A DNA stretch of 61,659 nucleotides, filler included. It is 7 parts of 7 records of this genome, joined end to end, with 100 filler letters (N's around TTAATTAATTAA, not from the genome) between each part and the next. Parts side by side here need not be neighbours in the genome. Positions count along the whole stretch, not along the records: positions 49,632 to 55,113 come from SRR31147125_19755; positions 55,214 to 61,659 come from SRR31147125_19759; 5 more parts are not named here. One strand, written 5' to 3'. The first letter of the stretch is position 1. The number at the start of each line of letters is the position of its first letter. The position numbers and the translations under genes were made by a program. Shown one piece after another: positions 53,595 to 61,659 of the stretch. Under the pieces are notes generated by a model that worked only from the letters and a program-made list of their open reading frames with translations, was not told where the DNA came from and did no database searches.

Positions 53595-55113
53595 TTAGTT
53601 AAGACCTTTCGTCGCCTTGAACGTTTCACCAAAGCTGGTCAGTGCTTTCTCTAGCTTTTCTTTGATCGCATCGGTAAACTGCTGCTCCTCCTGCAGATCG
53701 GAGAAGATGGATGGATCGTTCGACTCGATGTAGTTGTACATCTCAGCTTCGTAGTCGGCGAGAGTTTCGACCGGCAGCGCATCGAGGAAACCGTTGGTAC
53801 CCGCGTAGAGAATCGTTACCTGCTTCTCCATCGGCAGCGGCTGATACTGCGGCTGCTTGAGTATCTCTACGAGGCGCTCGCCCCTGGTCAACTGAGCCTG
53901 GGTGGCGGCGTCGAGATCGGAACCGAACGCAGCAAATGCGGCGAGCTCGCGGTACTGAGCAAGATCGAGGCGCAGCGTACCTGCCACCTGTTTCATCGCT
54001 TTCACCTGGGCCGCACCACCAACGCGTGATACCGACAGACCGACGTTAATCGCCGGACGCACACCGGAGAAGAAGAGGTTCGGCTCGAGGTATACCTGAC
54101 CATCGGTGATGGAGATAACGTTGGTCGGGATGAACGCGGAAACGTCACCGGCCTGGGTCTCAATGATCGGCAGCGCGGTCAGAGAACCGGCGCCAAGATC
54201 GTCGTTGACCTTGGAGGCACGCTCGAGCAGACGCGAATGGTTGAAGAAAATGTCTCCGGGGAACGCCTCACGTCCAGGCGGACGACGGAGCAACAGGGAG
54301 AGTTCGCGATAGGATACGGCCTGCTTGGACAGATCGTCGTAGATGATCAGCGCGTGCTGGCCGTTGTCACGGAAATACTCACCCATGGAGCAACCGGCGA
54401 ACGGTGCGATATACTGCATCGGTGCAGGATCGGACGCACATGCGGAGACGACGGTGGTGTAGTCCATCGCACCGTGCTTCCTGAGTGCCTCAACAACGAG
54501 CGCTACTGTGGACTTCTTCTGGCCAACGGCGACGTAGATGCAGTGGACATCGGTCTCTTTCTGGGCGATGATCGCGTCGACACAGAGGGCCGTCTTGCCG
54601 ATCTGGCGGTCACCGATGACGAGCTCACGCTGGCCGCGGCCAACCGGGGTCATCGCGTCAACCGCTTTGGAACCGGTATAGCACGGCTCATGGACACCCT
54701 TCCTGGCGATAACGCCGGGAGCCAGCACCTCGATCTTCGAGGAGTGCTGGGCGTTGAGCGGTCCCTGGCCGTCGATGGGCTGACCGATGCCGTCAACGAC
54801 GCGACCTTCCATCTCCGGACCGACCGGAACTTCAGCGATTTTACCGGTACGCTTGACCAGGTCGCCTTCCTTGACACGCGTAGTGTCGCCGAGGAGGGCA
54901 CAACCGACGTTGTCTTCCTCGAGGTTCAAGGCAAGACCCATGATGCCGCCCGGGAACTCGAGAAGCTCCATGGCCATACAGTTCTGAACCCCGTATACGC
55001 GAGCGACACCGTCACCAACGGAGATAACGGTTCCGGTCTCGTCGAGGTCTACCTTGGTTTCGTACTCACCAATCTGGTCCTTGATAATCTGGCTGATTTC
55101 TTCGGCTTTGATC
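53595..55113 (-). CDS. atpA: F1 ATP synthase alpha subunit (first codons lost at the contig edge)
   Basis: Frame open from [10 protein letters not shown]...[39 protein letters not shown]. Confidence 0.97.
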
Positions 55114-55213
55114 NNNNNNNNNNNNNNNNNNNNNNNNNNNNNNNNNNNNNNNNNNNNTTAATTAATTAANNNNNNNNNNNNNNNNNNNNNNNNNNNNNNN
55201 NNNNNNNNNNNNN
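55114..55213. other. Artificial contig linker
   Basis: N44-TTAATTAATTAA-N44. Confidence 0.98.
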
Positions 55214-55909
55214 TAAATCACGAAATCCTACTCCATGAAGCATAACAAGAGGATATTTAGTTTTGCATATTTGGGATTCAACTCTCCATTGATTTTGATT
55301 TATTTTATATAGTTCATGGTCATGTTCCCACAGTACTGCACGGCACATTATCAGCATGATAAAAAAGTTTACAATAGGTATCCACATCAGGCACACATAT
55401 ATAACCTTCTTTATTATGTTTAGTCTTCTTGATAAAATAATAATTCGCCAGAAACCATTTAAAAATAGTAAAACAATAAAGCAAATATTAATAACCAAAT
55501 CAGTTATTATCCAATGCAATTCAAATGGCAGTTTATCAATGTATAGAAAAATTAGTGTATAAAAAATCGACTGTACTGTAAATGCATATATACAAGTTAA
55601 TAAAAGTCTTCTTCCACCAACTAAAGTATTCAATCTTTTATCATTAGATAGCTTTTTAGGCAGAGGAAGTATATTAAACTTAATTATTATAAATAAAGAC
55701 AACAGCAAAAGCAATAAGGCAAAGACAATGCTTATAAATATATTCCCATTAACCTTTGAAACCTGTGTTTTAAATATATATTCTATAGTCAATAAACTAT
55801 GCGGCAAAATTGCAACCCATATAGCAAGCCACAGTTTTTTTGAAATTTTTATTACATTTATTATACTTAAAACAAAAACAGCAAAAATACCTGTACAAAT
55901 AAATAACAT
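55214..55909 (-). CDS. Membrane-anchored lipase/alpha-beta hydrolase, 3' truncated
   Basis: Multi-TM N-terminus followed by TKYPLVMLHG, the start of a lipase-like domain. Confidence 0.65.
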
Positions 55910-55970
55910 CTTCTCTCCCCATTTATATATATTTACTTGGTAATTATATCATTTTTTCTCACAATATAAA

Positions 55971-56000
55971 ATGCTTCTGAATATTTTTGTTCAGAAGCAT
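55971..56000 (-). terminator. Terminator after the ABC permease
   Basis: ATGCTTCTGAA-N8-TTCAGAAGCAT. Confidence 0.7.
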
Positions 56001-56020
56001 AATATAATAATTCAAACAGT

Positions 56021-57991
56021 CTATTTATTTTTAACCACTCTTCTATACTTTAACTTTGTAATTAGGTAAAAGGCAAAGTAAATAATAGCATATATAATGT
56101 ACATAACAGATGAAATTTTTAATACCTGTAAATATGTTGACCCTTCTGTCATAATCATATTACCAAATATCAAGGTGTCTGCTCCCTTCATGGCAAATAC
56201 CGAATGAATAAGCCCCATAAGTAATGGTATAAAGAATATTGGTGCAATTCTATTTCTTATAACTCTTGATTCCTGTTCTTTGTCCATACCAATTTTTCTT
56301 AATCTTTCATATTGATTAATTTCCTCTGTTCCTATTGCAACTTGTTTGAAATACAATATGCTTACACTCATCATTATAAACGTAGCACATATGAAATATC
56401 CAATAAAGCATACTAAACCAAACATCTCCATGCTCTCAATGTATTTATTATACAAAATTCTATACATTCCTACATTTTCACTATTTGCTAATAGTTCCGT
56501 TAAATCTTTAGCCAATGCTCTGGATGATAATGAATTTTCATAGTTTATCCCTACAAAAGGCCAAAGCTCACTATTTCCTTCTCCTCCTTTTGTAATATAT
56601 CCACTTTTAAACAATTCATCATAGTCACTATCATTTAATACAATTGTATGAATCCCTCCAAAGTTATAAGTATTAGATACTTGCTCAAACTCTGCATTAA
56701 ATACCAAATCATCGTATTTTAAAGTAAGGTTTTCATAGTCAAATTTACTGTAATAGTTAGGATATAATACTAACACTGTGCCCTCTTGTGCTTTGAGAGT
56801 ATGATTCGAATCTTGTGAAACTTTCACTATTTCATTAAACACACTTTCACTATACGTCATTACACCCATTTCATCATCATAAAACCACATATGATCCTCT
56901 GGTGTATTTATAGCTTTCGGATATGATAAATATCGTTGAAACTTAATGGTCTCCAATGGATTAATATTATGCTCATTTAATAATTCGTAAATCTCATTCT
57001 CTAAGTTTTCATTATCTGCATAGTACCATACGTCAAAACAATTTGACTCCTTAGCATTGCTTTCTGTACTTTGATACAATGTATATCCAAAAGCCATAGC
57101 AGTTACAGATGTTGCAATAAGTAATGCACTAGTCCCCATAGTAGTAGCAAAAGTCATTGACTTATGAGATAGTAATGATACAGATATAAGCCTTGTCTTT
57201 TTATAGAAAAATCCTTTATTTTTCTTAACTAAATATAGAATCTTTTGCAGTCCGCCCAAAAAGAATAGATATGACCCCAAAACGGCCATCCCTATAATAA
57301 AAAGCATATTGGACATTACTTTATAACTATTTTGAGCTATGGCTAAGTTATAACACATTCCAATTAATAGAAGGGAAATAATCAAAACCACATATGAACC
57401 TTTTGTTCTTTTTTCTGATACTCTATCTCCTTTAAATAAATCTACTAGTTGAAATTTATTTATAGTCCTAAAGCCTGTTAAGCCCATCAAACAGAATATT
57501 ATTAAGTAAACAACACAAGTTATAATTAATGCCTCTATCTCAACATTAAATACTACATTTGCATAGTCAACCATCATCATCTTTAATAAGATCATTGAAA
57601 TAAGCTTTGAAAAGAATATCCCTAATCCTAATCCTATTATTAAAGCAGCTATTCCTATAATAATAGTTTCAAAAAACATTAATAGTCCTATTTTTCTATT
57701 CTCCATACCAAATAATGCGTAGGTTGAAATCTCTTTTTTTCGGTATCTTATAAAGTTATTATTGGAACTTATTAAGAAAAATAGCACAAAAACCATAATT
57801 CCTATACCAAAACCTATGAACATTGTTTGATAGGTTCTGCTGTATTCCATCTTTGCAGCTACACTTTGAGATATAGATAGGTTTGCAAACGAAAAAGTAG
57901 TAAACACACAAAAGCACATTGCAAAAAAATACATCGTATAATTTTTTAAATTATGCTTAATGTTAGAAATCGCTAGAGAAGTTAATTTCAT
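56021..57991 (-). CDS. BceB-type (FtsX-like) peptide-antibiotic ABC transporter permease
   Basis: About 650 aa, about 10 TMs with a large extracellular loop; RKKE...FGM, LYFKQ, LRKIG. Confidence 0.85.
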   Translation of the reverse strand: MKLTSLAISNIKHNLKNYTMYFFAMCFCVFTTFSFANLSISQSVAAKMEYSRTYQTMFIGFGIGIMVFVLFFLISSNNNFIRYRKKEISTYALFGMENRKIGLLMFFETIIIGIAALIIGLGLGIFFSKLISMILLKMMMVDYANVVFNVEIEALIITCVVYLIIFCLMGLTGFRTINKFQLVDLFKGDRVSEKRTKGSYVVLIISLLLIGMCYNLAIAQNSYKVMSNMLFIIGMAVLGSYLFFLGGLQKILYLVKKNKGFFYKKTRLISVSLLSHKSMTFATTMGTSALLIATSVTAMAFGYTLYQSTESNAKESNCFDVWYYADNENLENEIYELLNEHNINPLETIKFQRYLSYPKAINTPEDHMWFYDDEMGVMTYSESVFNEIVKVSQDSNHTLKAQEGTVLVLYPNYYSKFDYENLTLKYDDLVFNAEFEQVSNTYNFGGIHTIVLNDSDYDELFKSGYITKGGEGNSELWPFVGINYENSLSSRALAKDLTELLANSENVGMYRILYNKYIESMEMFGLVCFIGYFICATFIMMSVSILYFKQVAIGTEEINQYERLRKIGMDKEQESRVIRNRIAPIFFIPLLMGLIHSVFAMKGADTLIFGNMIMTEGSTYLQVLKISSVMYIIYAIIYFAFYLITKLKYRRVVKNK

Positions 57992-58743
57992 TTTTCATCT
58001 CCTCCTAACACACTCATAACATTTAAAATAGAGTTATAAAATTCCTTTCTATCTCCTTGCGAATGAAGCTGGTTGTATATTTCGCCATCTTTTATAAACA
58101 GCACATTATGACAATAACTTGCAGCAAATATATCATGAGTAACCATTAATATTGTTGCATTATACTTTTTATTAATATGCTCTAGCATACTCAGTAGCTG
58201 CTTGCTAGATGTTGTATCTAAGTTCCCTGTTGGTTCATCAGCTAATATTATTTTAGGCTCTGTAATCAAAGCTCTGCATGCACTAGCACGTTGCTTTTCA
58301 CCGCCTGATACTTCATACGGAAATTTGTTCAGTATTTCAGCTATGCCTAAATCGTTAACAAGAGCATCCAGTTTTTCTTTTATTACATTTATTTTTTCCC
58401 CGGATAATGCAAGTGGGAGAATAATATTTTCTTCAATAGTCATAGAATCAAGCAGATTAAAATCTTGAAAGATAAAACCTATATTATCTCTTCTATGTTT
58501 AGCAAGCTGCTTTTTGCTAAGGTTAGAAACGTCATTACCATTAACAACTAAAGCCCCTGAAGTCTGACGGTCTATACTGCCAATAATGTTAAGCATAGTT
58601 GTCTTACCAGAACCTGATGCCCCCATTATTCCCATAAAGTCACCTTCTGCAACTTCAAAGGAAATATTCTTTAGTGCAGTGTATTTTTTGTTCTTTTTCG
58701 AACCATATGTCTTTGATATGTTTTTTAATTCAAGTAAACTCAT
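57988..58743 (-). CDS. BceA-type ABC transporter ATP-binding protein
   Basis: GASGSGKT, VSGGEKQR, ADEPTGNLD, VTHD. Confidence 0.92.
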   Translation of the reverse strand: MSLLELKNISKTYGSKKNKKYTALKNISFEVAEGDFMGIMGASGSGKTTMLNIIGSIDRQTSGALVVNGNDVSNLSKKQLAKHRRDNIGFIFQDFNLLDSMTIEENIILPLALSGEKINVIKEKLDALVNDLGIAEILNKFPYEVSGGEKQRASACRALITEPKIILADEPTGNLDTTSSKQLLSMLEHINKKYNATILMVTHDIFAASYCHNVLFIKDGEIYNQLHSQGDRKEFYNSILNVMSVLGGDEK

Positions 58744-58806
58744 TTTATCACCTCGTATAATTTATAGGGAACCACTGAATGAATTAGTCGGTGTTTCCTT
58801 AGCTAA

Positions 58807-58879
58807 ATTATACCTATAGATAGGATTATAAAAAATCGAATAACCTTACAAAAATATGCCCTAACTTACATTTTTGTAA
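58807..58879 (-). promoter_or_regulatory. BceR-type binding site and -10 of the ABC operon
   Basis: TTACA-TTTT-TGTAA (58866-58879), extra TTACA half-site at 58846, minus-strand TATAAT at 58807-58812. Confidence 0.75.
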
Positions 58880-59867
58880 TGTGGGTATTATCAGTGTTTG
58901 TATTATAATAAATTATAAATTCAGCATATTCTTCTGGTTTAGATTTTGCTTTAAGACTATGTCCCATTTTATCAGCAAGTTTTTTAGAAAGATAAAGCCC
59001 GTAACCAGTTGACTTATCTTTTCTAGTATTGTAGCCTGAGTAACCTTGTCTAAATATATTATTAATGTTACTTTCTGCAATACCTTTACCAGTGTTTTTT
59101 ATGCTTAATCCTTTTGTATCTCCTAAATCTATTGTGCTAATTATAATCTCTCCATTATTTTCAGTATATTTTACCGCATTAGATATAAATTGAGAAATAA
59201 TATATATGCTCCATTTTTCATCTGTAAATACTATGTAATCTTTACAATCAATTTTTAATGATATGGATTTATATGCAAAAAATACTGCATAGTTTTTTAA
59301 TGCCTGATTCACAATATTTTTTATACTAACTTGTTTTATCTTATAATCATCATAAAACCTTTTGGACTTAATATGATACAAAATCTTTTGTATATTCTGG
59401 TCAATATAATTAAGCTGCATCTCTATATGCTGGGTTTCATCATTATCCATATTTTCAATGATTAGTTTAATAGCAGCAATAGGCACCTTAACATCATGCA
59501 CCCATTTTGTTATAAATTCAATTTCATTATTATGTTCACTCTCTGTTATCTGCTTAAATGTATTATGTTTAACAACTATATCTTTTATTTCTTCAGAATA
59601 TTTTATATCTAATGGATAATTACTTTTAAAGTCCTTTATACAGTTATTGTCCAGAAACTCCTTCATTTTATCAAGTCGCGATTTCAACTTAATGTAATCA
59701 ACAAATATAAATATAGCAAAAGCTATTGTTGTGCCCTGAATGATATAAATAAAGTCACTATTTATTATGTCCGTTGATACCCAGCTTACTAATAAAATAA
59801 ATATGCTTGTTACAGTAACTATTACGAACATATACCATCTATGCTTTATATATTCCCTAATGCTCAT
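58866..59867 (-). CDS. BceS/GraS-type intramembrane-sensing histidine kinase
   Basis: Two TMs with no extracellular domain; WVHDVKVP, TDEKW, NAVKY, GYGLYL. Confidence 0.9.
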   Translation of the reverse strand: MSIREYIKHRWYMFVIVTVTSIFILLVSWVSTDIINSDFIYIIQGTTIAFAIFIFVDYIKLKSRLDKMKEFLDNNCIKDFKSNYPLDIKYSEEIKDIVVKHNTFKQITESEHNNEIEFITKWVHDVKVPIAAIKLIIENMDNDETQHIEMQLNYIDQNIQKILYHIKSKRFYDDYKIKQVSIKNIVNQALKNYAVFFAYKSISLKIDCKDYIVFTDEKWSIYIISQFISNAVKYTENNGEIIISTIDLGDTKGLSIKNTGKGIAESNINNIFRQGYSGYNTRKDKSTGYGLYLSKKLADKMGHSLKAKSKPEEYAEFIIYYNTNTDNTHITKM

Positions 59868-60537
59868 TAAGTTTATACCCCTTTCCCTTAACTGTCATTA
59901 TCACATCACCATCTATTATAGTATTTAGCTTTTTTCGTAATCTATTTATGTTTACAGTTAATGTATTTTCATCAATAAAGTTTTCACTATCCCAAAGAGA
60001 TTTAATTATCTTAGATCTTGATACGATTTTACCAGATGCTCGTATAAGCAAACTCATAATCTGGCATTCATTATGTGTCAATTCAATATTTTTACCTTCA
60101 TATGTTATCATAGACTTCTCAATATCCAGTAACATATCAGAAAAAGAAATGGTAGTGTAATTTGTATCTAAGTAGGAATATGTCCGCCTAAGTATAGCCT
60201 TAACTTTAGCTATTAGTACATCCATAGAAAACGGCTTTTCTATATAGTCATCCCCGCCTCCCATTATTCCTCTAATTTTATCATTGTCATCAGTGCGTGA
60301 CGATATAAAAACTATCGGTACATTAGAGATTTTCCTTATTTGCTCACACCAATAAAACCCATCATAATATGGCAAATTAATATCCATCAGCACTAAATGA
60401 GGACTAGTTTCATTAAATTCTATTACTATGTTTTCAAATTTTTTTACTGCATAAGGTAAAAATCCCCATTTTTTTAAGCTCTCTGAAATAAGTTCAGATA
60501 TTGTAATTTCATCTTCAATAATTAATATCTTATACAT
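59857..60537 (-). CDS. BceR/GraR-type OmpR-family response regulator
   Basis: IIEDE, DINLPYYDGFYWC, GGDDYIEKPF, NTLTVNINRLRKK. Confidence 0.92.
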   Translation of the reverse strand: MYKILIIEDEITISELISESLKKWGFLPYAVKKFENIVIEFNETSPHLVLMDINLPYYDGFYWCEQIRKISNVPIVFISSRTDDNDKIRGIMGGGDDYIEKPFSMDVLIAKVKAILRRTYSYLDTNYTTISFSDMLLDIEKSMITYEGKNIELTHNECQIMSLLIRASGKIVSRSKIIKSLWDSENFIDENTLTVNINRLRKKLNTIIDGDVIMTVKGKGYKLNEH

Positions 60538-60553
60538 TTTATCACCTTAGTTT

Positions 60554-60596
60554 ATTATAGCATAAAAAAATATTAGCTCAGCTTACATTTATGTAA
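60554..60596 (-). promoter_or_regulatory. Second BceR-type box with extended -10 upstream of the TCS operon
   Basis: TTACA-TTTA-TGTAA (60583-60596) next to the -35 position of a TGcTATAAT promoter. Confidence 0.65.
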
Positions 60597-60618
60597 TATT
60601 TCCCTAAATACAAATAAA

Positions 60619-60652
60619 ATCCGTAATCAAGCACACTACTAAAATTACGGAT
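60619..60652 (-). terminator. Probable terminator after the CPBP gene
   Basis: ATCCGTAAT-N16-ATTACGGAT with a T-rich tail on the minus strand. Confidence 0.5.
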
Positions 60653-60676
60653 ACAAAATATTTAATTTAAGACTAA

Positions 60677-61420
60677 CTACTTTTTATTTGCTCCAAATAG
60701 CTCTCTATTCATTAAAACTACCAACGCACTAATAACTGCCATAATAATAACAGATATTATATAGAATATAGTTCCTTCTCTGTCCTGCAGAAAGAACAAT
60801 GATGAAAGATTTATTCCTAAGTGAAATAGTATCATAAATATTATATTACCTTTTGTTTTTCTATATATCCAAGTCATTACAATTGAGAACTCTGTAATTA
60901 ATATTACAAAAAGCAAATATACCAAAGCTCCATTAGCTATTTTAGAAACATGCCATGCTCCCCATAATACACCTACAATAATTGAACTTGTCAGCCAATT
61001 ATACTTTTTTGCGAACAACGGCAGTAAGTATCCTCTCCATCCGATTTCCTCAAATACCGCACCTAAAATTATAGAAATAAATAAAATTGCATAATTTGAA
61101 TAAGTCTCTGTCCATTTACTATAATCTAAGCCAAAACTAGGCAATATAAGGCTGCTTATGTATATTACCAAAAACGGTATTAAAAAAGAAATTAGCACCC
61201 ATAAATACCACTTTTTATTCCTAAGCATATCCCAGTTAATTGTTTTAAACAGTAACCAATCTCTTTTGAATAAGCATATTAAAACAAGTGCTAATGCCGG
61301 TGCATACTGAGGCGATACCAACATATTATTTGTCTGCATCATTATTGCTCCAAGCAATATCGTTAATACAAAAGTTAAAATATAAAATACTATCGCCTTA
61401 TTAACTACTTTCTTTTCCAT
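60677..61420 (-). CDS. CPBP (CAAX/Abi) family intramembrane glutamic endopeptidase
   Basis: EEIGWRG, WGAWH, H...N motifs; multi-TM. Confidence 0.9.
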   Translation of the reverse strand: MEKKVVNKAIVFYILTFVLTILLGAIMMQTNNMLVSPQYAPALALVLICLFKRDWLLFKTINWDMLRNKKWYLWVLISFLIPFLVIYISSLILPSFGLDYSKWTETYSNYAILFISIILGAVFEEIGWRGYLLPLFAKKYNWLTSSIIVGVLWGAWHVSKIANGALVYLLFVILITEFSIVMTWIYRKTKGNIIFMILFHLGINLSSLFFLQDREGTIFYIISVIIMAVISALVVLMNRELFGANKK

Positions 61421-61659
61421 CCAATTTTTCTCCTTTTATTCTATTTTGTTTTCTTTAACAGTATACTGTAATAGAAATATATATTTTATATATCTAATAG
61501 TAACATACCTAATAGTAATTATCAATAAAGTTTTTAATATGTTTTATTATTTTACATATTCTTTACAATGCAAAAATAAAGCTTTAACCGAAATACCTTA
61601 TACAGCATGCCGCAGGCATACTATCCACAACATTCGGCAGGGAAAAGTTGAAAAATTTT

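Noticed and set aside
54237..55113. Long antisense ORFs over atpA, atpD and the amidase (e.g. 310 aa, 206 aa, 170 aa)
   Set aside because: Shadow ORFs expected opposite GC-rich, codon-biased genes; no recognisable motifs
60677..61420. CPBP/Abi protein as abortive-infection defence
   Set aside because: The family name is historical; the motifs indicate an intramembrane protease, and there is no defence context
61551..61659. TTTACA direct repeats and a short GC-richer stretch at the window end
   Set aside because: Not a full BceR-type palindrome; too short and truncated to interpret

Overview
This window is not one continuous locus. It is seven unrelated contigs joined by artificial 100-bp spacers (N44-TTAATTAATTAA-N44) at 15848, 25620, 33768, 40074, 49532 and 55114. 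Taxon labels below are inferences from composition, RBS style and protein resemblance. Contig 1 (1-15847; AT-rich, Clostridia-like): a 4-subunit 2-oxoacid:ferredoxin oxidoreductase, rpmG-secE-nusG-rplKA-rplJL with L1 and L10 autoregulatory RNA sites, an MCP, the capE/F/G (fnlABC) genes, a GT4 and the 5' end of a class II RNR with NrdR boxes. Contig 2 (15948-25619): an AddAB-like helicase/nuclease pair, a TPR lipoprotein and a DUF4838-like lipoprotein. Contig 3 (25720-33767; Clostridia-like): MarR plus a reductive-dehalogenase/QueG-like Fe-S protein, Lrp, NIPSNAP, and a MATE-methyltransferase-feoA-feoB-Cys-rich-DtxR cluster with four copies of a 16-bp palindrome. Contig 4 (33868-40073): glycoside hydrolases and a TAT sulfatase. 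Contig 5 (40174-49531; Bacteroidota-like): a sulfatase, a PL8 chondroitinase-like lyase, a tricorn-like S41 protease and several REP-like intergenic elements. Contig 6 (49632-55113; GC-rich, Desulfobacterota-like): an amidase and atpA-G-D-C. Contig 7 (55214-61659; Clostridia-like): a Bce-type TCS/ABC module with BceR-type boxes, a CPBP protease and a lipase-like gene. Six genes are split by single-base deletions, most likely sequencing errors. I found no CRISPR array, rRNA, tRNA or transposase. The best leads are the putative DtxR-type regulon extending to a MATE/methyltransferase pair, the MarR plus minimal RdhA-like pair, the apparently autoregulated Bce module and the REP-like families. I cannot claim a demonstrably new system from sequence alone.
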